Shown here one piece after another: positions 1 through 13,474 of a DNA stretch of 64,000 nucleotides (the first letter of the stretch is position 1; each line of letters opens with the position of its first letter). This DNA is from Basidiobolus meristosporus CBS 931.73 (Eukaryota; Fungi; Basidiobolomycota). The translations under genes and the position numbers were made by a program. The stretch spans positions 62,001 to 126,000 of the forward strand of contig MCFE01000140.1 in NCBI GenBank assembly GCA_002104905.1, written 5' to 3'. The notes below the pieces were generated by a model. It saw nothing but the letters and a program-made list of their open reading frames with translations. It made no database searches and was not told the DNA's origin.

Positions 1-159
1 TACAACAATTTTCTCAGCCCATTCACCTTAAAAGAGCTCTTTGCTTGGCAATCCATCTGGCTGCTCCATTTGTATAGTTTCTTGCAGATCACCTTTTAGA
101 ATAGTGGTTACAATGTCAGTTTGGTGTGGATCCAGACTGTATACAGTTGCCCATGCTAG

Positions 160-525
160 TATTACAAGTCTTGATATGAGAGTTGTAGAGTAATAGGGAG
201 TTTGCTAGCATTGTATCCACCAAAACTTGAACTGCATTTTTTTGAGGTTCCAGTGGCTCCTCATATACATTGTGCCAGATCAATTGCTGAGTAATTATAC
301 ATCCTAATGTAGGTTATGACCAATAATTCATTTGAATGCATCATCACCACCCAATTAGATCCTACTTCCTATATCTATTTTTGTCTGATAAGGCTCTGCT
401 GATTCATCTGCTGGATAATACTACTGACTTGTTAGATAACATTGATATACTGGTAGGCTGAACATAAGACCAACTGACTTCACTAGAAACTGATCTAACT
501 TAATCATTCAAGTGGAGATCACAAC
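160..525 (-). repeat. Gypsy-A LTR (degenerate 3' LTR of a truncated copy)
   Basis: Similar to 1792-2159, 13059-13426 and 17958-18324. Preceded on the minus strand by the polypurine tract TTAGTAGGGGAGAA. Confidence 0.75.
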
Positions 526-1791
526 TTTCTCCCCTACTAAAGCTGAAATGGACTTTGTCTGACATTCTTGAATGAGCAGGTCTATTGTGGCTCAAACTTC
601 TTTCATGTTTTGTTTCTCAGCAATACAAAGTTCCCAATAGTCAATGCTTCCAGTGATGCAGTCTTATTCAATCTCTGCTTAATCTTTGCTGCACATTGAG
701 ATACTTTGTCCTGTGCCTCTTGATGTCTTTGTTCCAGCCGCTGATGTCTACCTGGCTGACTGAGTTCATCCTTCTAAGGTATCTCTAAAATTTAGTTTTG
801 CAAGATTTCATGGAATCCTTGGTTCACATTCATTGACTAAGTAAAATGGCAATGGTTGGGTAAAAAGTGCTTGGTCTGTAAACTCATTACATCTCCTAAT
901 AGCGCCATTTACATGTTTGGTCAGCATTTTTGCAAATAGTCCATTAAACTGCTCAGTAACTCCATTAGTTCTAGGTTAATATGCCAAGGTTTCAGGTGCT
1001 TTATCTGCTGCATTTTCAGGTAAGCTTCTAATGTCATTGCTGTGGAGTTTGCTCCTCAATTGGATAAAATCTCTACAGGGCATCCAAACTTCATAAGGAC
1101 CTCTTGGTAGATGAAACTTGCAACCTCTGGCTCACTGACCACCAGTACAGTTCTAGCAACTGGCCATTTACTGGCATTGTCAATTGCTATTGGGATACAG
1201 CAGTTGCATTTCCTGGTGGTTGGCAATCTTCCAATAAGCTCAATTCCCCAACTCTCAGATGGGCTCACAGGCTCCAAGGAAAAGAGTTAAGCAATTATCT
1301 GTGGTTGGCCTTGATTGATTTGGCAGTTTGGGTATGTTTTCACCATTTTCTCAGATCTAGTTTCATTCTGGACCACCATGCTCTGACTTTGGCATGGCTA
1401 TAGGTTCATTCAATTCCAAGAAGGCCCTATCCATTGTGTAGCTTGTATATCAAATCCAGTTTAGCAAAATACGGGCAATAGGCAATAGGGCTTTCATCAA
1501 CAATTTAGTAAAGTGTTTCATCCTGTACTACAATTTGTTGGCTTCATCCCAGATTATCTTCATGATCTCTTCATCCACCTAATTAGGAGTGGCTTGGTTC
1601 TCCAAGTACTTTGGTGATAGGCTAGGCCAATCTGATTCATGCACCAAGTTGAGTTGTGCGACTTGTTCTAGTTTTGATAAGGCATCAGCAACTGTCTTGT
1701 TTTTTCCAGGGCAGTAGACAATCACCAAGCCAAATTGCTGAATGTATTTACTTCATCTTGTCATTCTTCTGGAGAGTACCTTCTGAGTAAA
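526..1791 (-). pseudogene. Gypsy-A integrase/RNase H remnant (first copy, cut off by the next LTR)
   Basis: ORF 1056-1277 (WGIELIGRLPTT...KWPVA) is integrase core. The sequence parallels 2160-3600 with deletions and stops. Confidence 0.85.
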
Positions 1792-2159
1792 TGTTACAAG
1801 TCTTTGCATAAGAGTTGTAGAGGAATAGGAAGTTTGGTTAGTATTGTATTCACTAAAACTTGAACTGATTTTTATTGAGGATCCAGCAGCTCCTTATAGA
1901 CATTTTTGCCAGATCAATTGCTGACTAATTGTATTTCTTAATGTAGGTTGTGGCTGATGACTCATTTGATACATCATCATCACCCAATAAGATTCTACTT
2001 AATATATCTATTCCTGTCTGGTAAGAATCTGCTGATTCATCTGCTGACTAATGCTACTGATTTGATAGATAACACAGATATATTGATAGGCTAAACATAT
2101 AACTAATTGATTTGACTAAAACTGATCAAACTTAAGCATCTAAACAGTAGGTCATAACA
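1792..2159 (-). repeat. Gypsy-A 3' LTR (368 bp)
   Basis: Minus-strand ends TGTTATGAC...CTTGTAACA; PPT AGTAGGGGAGAA lies immediately upstream, just after the integrase stop. Confidence 0.85.
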
Positions 2160-2190
2160 TTCTCCCCTACTAAAGTTGAGAGGGTTCTCC

Positions 2191-5100
2191 TCAATCTTTT
2201 TTTTTGTGATACCAATATCTTGATGGTTCAGTATTGTCATCAAGTCTTGCAAGCTTGTCATGGTATCTACAAACTAAATCATCCTGGAAATTCCCTAGTT
2301 TGTCCACTGGTTGGTGAGTAGTATATGGACATTCTCTGATAATCTTGAAAGGTCCTGTCCATTGTGGCTCAAACATCTTCCAAGTATTGTTTCTCAGTAA
2401 TACAAAGTTCCCAACTGTCAATGATTCTGGTGATACAGTCTTATCCAATCTCAGCTTCATCTTTTCTGCACTTTGAGATACTTTGGCCTGTGCCTCTTGA
2501 CATCTTTGTTCCAGCTGCTGGTATCTACTTGGCTGACTGAATTCCTTGTCTAAGGTGTCTGTAAGATTTGGTTGTGAGAGATCTCCTGGAATCCTTGGTT
2601 CACATCCATACACTAAGTAAAATGGCAATTGTTGGGTGGTGTTGTGTACTCTAACTCTGCATGCAAAGAGTGCATGTCTATGTACTCATTCCATCTACTG
2701 GCAGCTCCGTTTGCATACAGGGTCAGCATTATTCCAAATAATCCATTAAACTGCTTGGGGGCTCCATTAGTTCTAGGGTGATATGCCAAGGTTTTCAAAT
2801 GTCTGATGTGCTGCAGTTCCAGGTAAGCTTCTAATATCTTTGCCATAAAGTTTGCTCCTCTATTGGATAGAGTCTCTACAGGTCATCCAACCTTAATGAG
2901 GATCTCATGGTAGATGAAACCTGCAACTTCTTGTTTACTGTCTACAGATACTGCTTTAGCCACTGGACATTTAGTGGCATGTCAGATGCTACTAGGCTCC
3001 AATGGTTGCATTTCCTGGTAGTTGGCAGTCTTCCAATAAAGTCAATTCCCCATCTTTCAAACAGTCCCACTGGCTCTAAGGGAAAGAGTTTGGCAATTCT
3101 CTGTGGTTGGCCTTGGTTAATCTGGCAATTAGGGCATGTTTTCACTAGTTTCTCAATGTCTTGTTTCATTCTGGGCCACAATGCCCTGGCTTTCACAAGG
3201 CTATAGGTTCCTTCAGTTCCAAGATGTCCATATCCATTGTGTAGCTTATGTAATAAATCCAGACAAGCAACATAAGGGCAATAGGCAATAGGCAATAGGC
3301 CTTCCATCCACAGTTTGGTAGAGTGTTTCATCCTGTACAACAAATTTGCTGGCTTTAACCTGGATTATCTTCTTGATCTCTTCATCCACCTTGTTAGGAA
3401 TGGCTTGGTCCTCCAAGTACTTTGGTAACTGGCTAGACCTATCTAATTCATGCACCAAGTTGAGTTGTGCAGCTTGTCCTAATCTTGATAAAGCATCAGC
3501 GACCATGTTGTTTCTTCTAGGGCAGTTGACAATCTCCAAATCAAATTGCTGATTGTATTTACTCCATCTTGTCATTCTTCTAGAGAGTATCTTCTGAGTA
3601 GTACATACTTGAGGGATGCATGATCAGTCTTAAGCATGCACTTGACTCCTACAATATAGCATCACCATGTCTTCAAACAGTGTATTGTAGCACGCATCTC
3701 CTTCTCATGCACTGGATAGTGTGTTCTGGTGAGTTCAGTTTCTTGGATTCAAAGACAACTGGGTAGTCCTTTCCCTTGTGTTCTTGGCTCAACACTCCAC
3801 CAGTTGCATAATCTGAAGCATATGTGCACAGGTAAATTCTTTTCTGAGGTTAGGTATTCTCAAGCTTGGCAGCTTTGCAAGCTCATTCTTGAGCATCTGG
3901 AAGGCAGTCTCACAAGCTATGTCCCACTTGTAGGTATTGTCTTTCTTTAGGGTATCAGTTAAAGTGGCTACAATTCTTGCAAAGGACTTGACAAATCTCC
4001 AATAATAGGAAACCATTCCAAGGAATGATCTGAGTTCTGATATGCTATGGGGATGCTTCAGATTCATGATAACTTCAACCTTCTTCAGGTCCAAGGTCAC
4101 TCCTGTGCTAGTCACTATGTGTTCAAGATATTCAACATGTTCCTTGAAGAATTCACACTTGGCAAGCTTGACATATAGTTTGTTCTCTCTTAGCTTCTTC
4201 AAGACCTTCTCAAGGTGCATCATGTGATCCTCTTCTGTTTTGTTGTATGTCTATATATCATCTAGGTAGATTATCACAAACCTGTCTAAGTACCCCTGGA
4301 AGACAGTCTGCATCACGGTCATGAATGTTGCAGGGACATTGGTGAGGCCAAAACTCATGACTAAGTACTTGTAATGTCTATATCTGGTCCTGAATACTGT
4401 CTTAGGGATGTCTTCTGGCTTCACCCTAATCAGCTTGTATCCCAACCTGAGATCAATCTTGCTAAATATAGTGGCTCCATTGAGTTGGTCCAATAGCTCA
4501 TCAATCCAAGATTTAGGGTACTTAGTCTTCACGGTAACTGAGTTGAGGGCTCTGTAGTCAATGCACATCCTAAGTGTTCCATCCTTCTTCTTCACCAAAA
4601 GTACTGGTGCTCCCCAAGGTAACTTGCTGGGTCTGATATATCCTTGCTCCAATAACTGAGCTATTTGTCTCTTCATCTCTTCCAACTCTAATGGACTCAT
4701 TCTGCAAGGTGTCTTACTCACTGGAGGGCTATCTCCTGTGTCTAAGGCATGATCCACATCTCTGACTGGTGGTACACTTCCAAGTTCTTCTCAAAATATG
4801 TCAGCATATTCCTTCAAAAGAGTCTGGACTTTCTGGGGTACTGGAGTAGAGAAGTCCTCTTGGAATACTGCCATGAGGAACATCTGGGTGCCTTTTCTAA
4901 GTGCTCTAGAGAACTGTGTCCTGCTAAGTTCACTTGTCTCACACACACTGGAGTTGACCAATTTGAAATCCAGTCTGGCAGGTAATAGCTCATAGGACTT
5001 GTTGTCCTTCTGAATCTGAGTAGCATGGGTTCTCCAGTTGATTGATGGATTACAACACAATAGCCAGGTTCCTCCAAGTACAAGGTCAAACTTGCAGCTC

Positions 5101-5330
5101 CCAAATATATTAGCCTGTAGGTCTTCTTTGTAGTCATTGATCTTCATCCTTACTGGCTAAGTAATACAGTTGATTATGTGAGAGTTCCCATCAGCTTTTG
5201 AGACTGGAGCAGATTTAGTTGGCTACAAGTTGATTTTGGCTTTCAAGGCAAGTTGCTATGACATGTATTTATGTGATGCTCTTAAGTCAGTAATGATCTT
5301 GGCAGGTACCCTGTTGATTACTCCATTCAA
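2191..5330 (-). pseudogene. Gypsy-A pol (protease-RT-RNase H-integrase), frameshifted
   Basis: RT 4251-4757 ([25 protein letters not shown]...YLDD); 3789-4223; RNase H end 3246-3575; integrase HHCC plus core 2942-3343; GPF module 2191-2628 (WTGPF). No chromodomain. Confidence 0.93.
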
Positions 5331-5635
5331 TTATTATAGCTTTCCTGAGTTTGAGTTGATTTGGGATATGTATTCTTCTGTCAAATGGAAGGTGGGCTCG
5401 GAGTCTGCTTCAAGCTCATATTCCATGTTAGCATAGCATCTATTTCCATTGCCACTGCTGAAATATTGGACTATTTGGTATCATTCAGCAGCTAAAGATT
5501 TACTTAACAATTCTAGACTAGTCTTAGTCACTGTAGGACCTATTTACTGCCTTAACTTTGCCACTTTCTCCAGATATATGATCTTATGATTATTCCCCTA
5601 TAGTCAGGATCAAATTAGCACTATTACCAAACATT

Positions 5636-6367
5636 AGACTTGTTTCATTGGATAGTGCCACATTGAGCCATGAGTGCCAAATGATGCCATAGTGTGCCAG
5701 AGAGGCCAAGTGAGCCTATACTTGGCCACAGAGTGTGAAACATAGCTCTTCATCTTCATGCAAAGCAGCTCCTGTGTTTCACTCATTGTGTTGGAGAAAA
5801 TCCATTTTTTGACCTTTTTTTTTGGATCAATGTTGTGCATGATGTGTAAGAGGACAGAAGGACTGAAGAAATGCATCTGGTACTCAATACCCATGGCACT
5901 CTGAATCTAGCACCTGTAGCTTGTATCATGTCACAAAAATGATTGGCACTATCTTGGTCCACTGATACTACCTGGCACTATAAGTGCTTTATATAGGTTT
6001 TACTTTAGGGCTAATATTTAAATATAGTGCCAGATAGTATCAGTGGACCACAATAGTGCCAATCATTTTTGTGACATGATACAAGCTACAGGTGCTAGAT
6101 TCAGAGTGCCATGGGTATTGAGTACCAGATGCATTTCTTCAGTCCTTCTGTCCTCTTACACATCCTGCACAACACTGATCCAAAAAAAAGGGTTAAAAAA
6201 TGGATTTTCTCCACACAATGGGTGAAACACAGGAGCTGCTTTGCATGAAGATGCAGAGCTATGTTTCTCACTCTGTGGCCAAGTATAGGCTCACTTGGCC
6301 TCTCTGGCACACTATGGCATCATTTGCACTCATGGCTCAATGTGGCACTATCCAACGGAACAAGTCT
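5636..6367. mobile_element. Fold-back MITE (732 bp) of the PHIS family at 44226-47667
   Basis: Ends AGACTTGTT...AACAAGTCT; arms of ~345 bp around a ~40-bp spacer. TSD ATT at 5633-5635 and 6368-6370; the empty site has a single ATT at 10677-10679 in the 3' LTR. Confidence 0.92.
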
Positions 6368-6559
6368 ATTATGTACTAACCCTGAACCTGTTACAGAATG
6401 CTCCTGAATATTGAGAAACCCTCCCTACTTAGTGTTACAGCTGTATTACTTCTACAAAGGTATAAATACTGAGCTTCTTTATGAATAAACTACAGTTCAA
6501 CTTTTATCACTATTTCTTGATAAGTTCCTTATATCCAAATCACTTCTTAAATTGCAACA

Positions 6560-6571
6560 GGTTATGAGCCC
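6560..6571 (+). promoter_or_regulatory. Copia primer-binding site GGTTATGAGCCC
   Basis: Directly follows the LTR end CAACA. Same motif at 13843, 18580-18591 (minus), 31341 and 57674-57685 (minus). Resembles the half-tRNAiMet PBS of Drosophila copia. Confidence 0.8.
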
Positions 6572-6574
6572 CAA

Positions 6575-9500
6575 TTGCCTCAATCTATTCTAAAGATGAC
6601 TTCTACCAGCAAACAAAGTAATACCAACATCTTCCTTGTAAAGGAGAGGTTTGATGGGAAGAACTACAGACTTTGGAGAATCAAGATGCAGATCCACCTT
6701 AAGGAAAGAAAGCTTTGGAATATAGTAACAGGAAAGGAAGTTGAGCCCAAAGGAACAGCAGAAGATGTGGAGAAGCTTCAAGAGAAGGAGAGAAAGGCCT
6801 TCAATGCCATATGCATCAATGTGCAAGACTCCTTCATTGGACAAATCCATGCCTCAAATACTGCCAAAGCAGCATGGGAATCCTTAGAGAAGATCTTTAG
6901 AGCAAAGTCAGTATCAAGCAAGCTTTATTTGAAACAAAAGTTCAACATGAGGAAGAAGCCAGATGATGACATGCTGCAACTCATTACCAGAATGGAGACA
7001 CTTGCAGAAGAACTTTACAGTATTAATGCTGGTGTAGATGATGAAGAACAGATACTCTGTCTGCTTTGCAGCCTACCAGACAAGTATGAGCCACTCATAC
7101 TTTCTTTTGAAAGCAGAGAAGACAACTTGACATTAGACTATGTCAAAGGAAGACTTCTCCATGAAGAACTCAAATGTAATGATCAAGCAGAGAAAATTGA
7201 AGATAATGCTTTATTCAGTTCAGAAAGGCATACATAAAAGAGGGGAAAGCAACAAAACCAAAGAAAACCTGGCTGCTGTAACTACTGTAAGAAGCCAGGA
7301 CACTGTGCAAGAGAATGCAAGAAGAAACAAGCAGACAAAAAACAGAAACTAGAGCAGGCAAACCATAGAACTACTGATGAACAGTTATTTGTAACTGTAC
7401 AAGAGAGTGCAAGTAACCAAAGTAATGAATGGTATATTGACTCTGGAGCATCACAGCATATTTGTGGTATAAAGGATTGGTTCAGCAACTTAAAGACTAT
7501 TCCCATAGGAAAGGTTTATCTGGGAGATAACTCTGCACTGGAAGCTACCGCCAGTGGGTCTATACAACTAAATATGAGTGATAACTCAGGGGCAACAGCA
7601 GCAAAACTGACTGACATACACTATCTACCTGGAATAGCTAAGAACCTACTCTCAGTCAGTAAAGCAACTACTCAGGGGCTGAAATTTGCTTTTACTAAGC
7701 TGAGCTGCTCAATATTGAGTGAAAATGGACAACAATTAGCTTTGGGAATCAGAGATCACAATATATACAAGTTACAGTGCAAGATCATTGTACCTGAGTA
7801 TGTCAACATTGCTGGAACTGATGAAACCAACTGGGAGAGGTGGCATAGGAGGCTAGGGCACATAGGGGAACAGAAAATGAGCCAATTGGTGAAAAATCAG
7901 CTTGTCTTGAGCCTAAAATACTCAATTCCAATCAAATTGAATGTTTGTAAGGGATGTTCATATGGCAAACAAGCTAGGCAACATTTCAAGAGCTCAGAGG
8001 GCATCAATACCACCAATATATTGGCTATCATACACTCAGACATATGTGGCCCCATGAGAACACTGTCCTTTGAAGCCAAGAGATACTTTATGATGTTTAT
8101 TGATGACAAGACATGATATACATGGGTGTACTTCCTCAAAACAAAGGATGAAGCTTTAGAGACATTTAAGCACTTCAAGAACATGGCAGAAACACAAACT
8201 GGGTGTAAATTGAGGGTACTACAAAGTGACAACGGAGGAGAATACTGCTCAAAGGAGTTTGAAAAATACTGCTTGTCAACTGGTATACTTCAACAGACCA
8301 CAGTTCCTCATACTCCACAGCAAAATGGAGTAGCAGAACATGCAAATGCAACAATAGTAAAGATGGGAAGATCTATGCTACATGATAAGGGAATGGACTA
8401 CAAGTTTTAGGCTGAATCTGTTGCTACTGCTGTATACATTAAGAACAGATGCCCAACAACAGTACTACATGATTCACCCTTTAAGCATCTACAGGCAAAA
8501 AACCAAATCTCCAGCACCTCAGGATCTTTGGCAGCAATGATATTTATCACATCCCTGACAAAAAACGCTCAAAGTTGGAACCAAAGAGTAGGAAAGGGAT
8601 CTTTCTTGGATATTGTGAAGATACTAAAGGGTATAGAGTGTATGATGGCAAAATTCAGAAGCTGATCAAGAGCAGGCATGTTGTATTTGAGGATAATTCA
8701 GATCAGAAAGCCATGGAAATCATTGGCCAGCTGCCTGATGATGCAATCAACAAAAATGAAGAAGATATGTACCAAATCCAGCCAGAGATGGAGGATACTT
8801 CTACCAGTTCCAGATCAGAACAGATTATCCCAGTTAGGAGATCTACCAGAATAAGAAATGCCCCTGGATCCTGGTGGCAGACATCCAATGATCATGAAGA
8901 AGCTTATCTTGCCTTATGTGCTGAACCTTGGAATCTGGAACAGGCAATGCAAGGTCCAGATGCTACTAAGTGGCAACAAGCCATGCAGGAGGAGTACCAA
9001 TCACTGATCAAGGCAAAAATGTGGGAGCTGGTAGATTTACCAAATGGGAGAAAGCCAATAGGATGTAGATGGATCTACAAGATCAAGATAACCTCAAATG
9101 GTGCCGTTGAGAAGTACAAGGCTAGATTAGTAGCTAAAGGCTACTCCCAGATCCAGGGACTAGACTTTAAGGAAACATTTGCTCCGGTTGCCAAGTTTAA
9201 CTCTATTAGGACAGTTCTAGCACTGACAGCTGTACACAGTCTAGATCTACCCCAAATGGACATCCAAACAGCCTTTCTAAATGGGGATTTGCAAGAAACT
9301 ATATCTATGGAGCAACCAGAAGGTTTCACCGATCCAAAAGGCCCCCATAAGGTGTGCAAACTTAGAAAATTGTTGTATGGGCTTAAGCAGGCACCCAGAG
9401 CATGGTATAACAAGATTGACACATATCTAGAGCAAATTGGGTTCTCTTCTAGCACTGCAGATCACAGTATATATGTGAAACAGCTCAAAAAGGGTGCGAT

Positions 9501-10505
9501 CATCCTAGTTCTTTATGTGGACGACCTAATTATAGCTACAAGTGATCAAGAGGTACTTAAACAGACAAAATCAGATCTCTTCAGCAAGTTTGAGATGAAA
9601 GATCTTGGAAATTGAGCTATTTTCTTGGAATTGAGGACAAATTTGACATACCTACGCAGAAAATTGTGCTGAATCAGTCTAAGTACATCAGGGACATTCT
9701 TAGACGCTTCAAAATGGAAAATTGCAAGCCTGCAGCAACTGCTATGGACAATAACCTGAAATTAAGCAAATCTCAGCCGGTTATAGATGAAAACAGCTCA
9801 AATATGGACCAATATTTTCCCTATCAATTAATGATTAGTAGCCTAATGTACCTGATGGTGTCTACACATCCAGATTTTGCAGTAGCAGTTGGAATAGTCA
9901 GTCAACTCATGCAGAATTATGGATCAGATCAAATTGCAGCAGTTAAGCCGATTTTCAGATATCTACAAGGTACCATAAATATGGTACTGGAATACTCTGG
10001 AGCAGCTAATAGGCAAAAATTTGATGGTTATAGTGATTCAGATTGGGGTAGGGATCTGATTGACAGACGCTCTACCACAGGCTATGTATTTCTTTATGCT
10101 GGTGCAGCTATTACTTGGAATTGCAAGAAACAACCAACTTTGGCACTATTGACAACTGAAGCCAAACATATGGCTGCATGTCAAGCAACTAAGGAGGCTA
10201 TATGGCTACAAAAATTATTCAAAGACTTGGGTTTTAATTCAGGTGAACCAACATGTATTTACAAGGATAATCAAAGTTGTATTTCATTAGCTAGAAATCC
10301 TACTAATCATGCCAGAACTAAGCACATTGATATACAGCATCACTTTGTGAGGGAAGCTGTAGAAAATAACTTAGTGGAGCTGGTTTACTGCCCAACTGAC
10401 AAAATGGTGGCAGACATATTGACAAAACCACTAGCTAGGCCACAGTTTGAGATCCTTAGAGAGAAATTGGGATTAAGAAATTATTTAGTTGAGGGGGAAT
10501 GTTGA
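6575..10505 (+). pseudogene. Copia-A1 gag-pol polyprotein, broken by stops and frameshifts
   Basis: gag FDGKNYRLWRIKM; zinc knuckle C..CKKPGHCAREC ~7275-7320; protease WYIDSGASQH; integrase WHRRLGH...IHSDICGP, SDNGGEY; RT LYVDD; RNase H YSDSDW...RTKHIDIQHHF. Confidence 0.95.
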
Positions 10506-10867
10506 AATATTGAGCTATTTGGTATCATTCAGCAGCTAAAGATTTACTTAACAATTCTAGACTAATCTTAGTCACTGTAGGACTCATTTACTGCCTTAAC
10601 TTTGCCACTTTCTCCAGATATATGATCTTATGATTATTCCCTGATAGTCAGGATCAAATTAGCACTATTACCAAACATTATGTACTAACCCTGAAACTGT
10701 TACACAATGCTCCTGAATATTGAGAAACCCTCCCTGCTTAGTGTTGCAGTTGTATTACTTCTACAGAGGTATAAATACTGAGCTTCTTTATGAATAAACA
10801 ACAGTTCAACTATTATCACTATTTCTTGATAAGTTCCTTATATCCAAATCACTTCTTAAATTCCACA
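10500..10867 (+). repeat. Copia-A1 3' LTR
   Basis: Starts TGTTGAAATATT after the PPT; colinear with the 5' LTR once the MITE is removed. Confidence 0.88.
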
Positions 10868-13058
10868 GGTTTCTGGGGCAATTCCTTTGGCCTTAAAGCT
10901 ACTTCAATCTCAAAGAGTCAAGTTCCTAGGTTTTCATTGACTCTGCCATGGTACCAGTTGACAGCTATACTAAAGCTGCGCTTGACAGGATTTTGCTGGC
11001 TATGGGCCATGGTAGTCATTGCTTGCTGCAGCTGGCTAAGGATCTGGAGTAGCAGTTGTTGTTGACCCCGTTTTGCTGCAGATTATTCATCCATTCTTGA
11101 CTTTTGACATCTTGTGGGTAGCCTCTTCTATCTTCAGGTGGGAAGATTCTAGTTATTGCCGCTATCAATGTTATAAGTATTGATAAAAGTATTATGGAGG
11201 AATAGGGAATTTAGTTGTATTGTATTCACTAAAACTTGACTAATTTTTATTGAGGCTCCAGCAGCTCCTTTTATACATTTTGCTAGATCAATTGCAAACT
11301 AATTGTATTTCCTAACATAGATTGCGGCTAAAAATTCACTAGATTGCATCATCATCACCCAATTGGGTTGTACCTAATATACCTATTTCTGTCTGACAAG
11401 GATCTGCTGATTCATCTGCTGACTTATATTACTAATTTGATAGGTAACACTGATTTATTGGTAGGCTGAACATAAAGCAAATTGCCTATTCATATTTTGA
11501 GGTTTGGCTGATTATAGAGGGATCATTATAAAATCAAAACCTGAAGAAAAGTGGTGAAGTTTGGGCTGTAAATTTGTGCTGCAGTGATCAACACTAGATC
11601 AAAAATATCAGGTAAACTTTAGCTGCTGAAAGATATTAAATAGGCCAATATGACTACACTCCCCCTCAGCTAAATAATTTCTTGGTCCCAATTTCTCTCT
11701 GAGATTTGTAAACTGTGACCTTGCCAAGGGTTTTGTCAGTTCATCTGCCACCATTTTGCCTGTGGGGCAGTAATCAAACTGTACTAAGTTATTTTCTACA
11801 GATCTTCTCACAAAGTTGTGCTGTAAGTCTTTGTGCTTAGTTCTTACATAAATGGTAGGATTTCTAGCTAACAAAACTGAATTTTTATCCTTGGGAATGG
11901 ATGTTGGCCCATCTGAGTTAAAACCTAAGTCTTTCAATTATTATTGTAGCCAAATAGCTTCCTTAGATGCTTGAAATGCAGTTGTATACTCTGCTTCAAT
12001 TGTAGAGTGGGCCACAGTTGTTTGCTTCTTGTGGCTAGTAGTAATAGCTTCACCAGCACTTAGAAATACATACCAATTGGTAGAGTAGCTGTCAACTAGA
12101 TCCCTAGCACCATGTAAGTTACTATAGCCATTAAATTGTTGCCCATTAGTTGCTTCAGAGTATCCCTCAACTACATCAATGGTACCATGTGGATATCTGA
12201 AGCTTTGCTTCACTGCAACAATTTTATGAGATTCATAAATGATTGATTATGCCAGCAGCCACTGCAATAGCAGGACATGTAGGCACCATCAACTACATCA
12301 GGGTACCAACAACTGATTGGCTGGGATAGTTTGGCCTGTATTTGCACCATTTTTACCCTAGGTTGGTAGAGATTTGCCCAATTTGAGGCAAACATTCATG
12401 GGGCTGCTGCATGCTGGCAAGTTTCATTTTGAAGCACGAAAGAGTGTCCCATATGTACTTGGACTGATTCAGCACAATTTGTGTACAGATATGGCAAATT
12501 TGACTTTGATTCTGACAGAAAAGCTGACATCTCTAAGATCTCTCATCTCAAACTTGCTGAGGAGGCATGACTTGTCTGTTTAAGAGCCTCCTGGGCACTT
12601 GTAACTATTATAAGGTCATTTGCATTATGTACAAGGATAATCATTCACAGCTGCTTTGCATATACACTGTGAATCGTAGTGCTGCTAAGGAACTCAGTAT
12701 ATTATCATGATGTATGTCAATTTTGTTATACCACCCTTTTGGTACCTATTTGATCCCCAACAGCAGCCCCATAAGTCTGCACACCATATAGGGGCCTGGT
12801 AAATTTCCTAACTGGGATAATTGGTATCATTGGAAACTAGTGGGATTATTTTCTGTATCTGGTTGTATCAGGTAGATATCTTCTTGACTGATGGTGATTG
12901 CAGCATAAGGCAGCTTACCAATGGTCCTATTGGCTTCCTGGTCTGAGTCCTCCTTTAAGTATTCCCCTCCATTAATACATCAGAGCAATTAGCACATTAA
13001 CTCCTCCCTAATTTGTACTAGTCTCCTTTACCCTGTTTCCCAATAAGTTTGGTAAGTC

Positions 13059-13426
13059 TGTTACAAGTCTTGGTATAAGAGTGGTAGAGGAATAGGGAGT
13101 TTAGCTAGTATTGTATTTACTAGAACTTGAGCTGATCTTTATTGAGGCTCCAGCAGCTCCTTATATACATTTTGTCAGATCAATTGCTGACTAATTGTAT
13201 TTCCTAATGTAGGTTGTGGCTGATGACTCATTTGATAGCATCATCATCACCAAATAAGATCCTACTTAATATATATAATTCTGTCTGATAAGGATCTGTT
13301 GATTCATTTGCTCACTAATGCTACTGATTTCATAGATAATACTGATATACTGATAACATAAGCATACACTGATTGATTTGACTAAAAACTGATCTAACTT
13401 AAACATCCAAGCGGCAGATCATTACA
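13059..13426 (-). repeat. Gypsy-A solo LTR
   Basis: TG...CA ends; 4-bp TSD AGTC at 13055-13058 and 13427-13430. Confidence 0.88.
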
Positions 13427-13474
13427 AGTCTCAGCAGTGTCAATATACTCATGTACAATGATCTTGCATTGTAA

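Larger units (their letters stand above)
5456..10867 (+). mobile_element. Ty1/Copia-A1 retrotransposon, two LTRs, decayed
   Basis: 5' LTR 5456-6559 (carries a MITE), PBS GGTTATGAGCCC at 6560, gag-PR-INT-RT-RH order, PPT GAGGGGGAA, 3' LTR 10500-~10867. No TSD found; flanking Gypsy gag is deleted. Confidence 0.93.
1792..11480 (-). mobile_element. Ty3/Gypsy-A retrotransposon, decayed, interrupted by Copia-A1
   Basis: 3' LTR 1792-2159; pol 2191-5330; gag end with VAMEIDAM at ~5430-5455; gag start 10868-11150 (YHGRVNENLGT*LFEIEV); 5' LTR from 11169 to ~11480. Confidence 0.75.

Noticed and set aside
3277-3300. (GGCAATA)n short tandem expansion in Gypsy-A pol
   Set aside because: Ordinary slippage (two units in the paralog at ~1474) in a dead ORF.
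5634-6310. ORFs within the MITEs (also 61117-61595)
   Set aside because: They are mirror-image products of the palindrome with no protein motifs.
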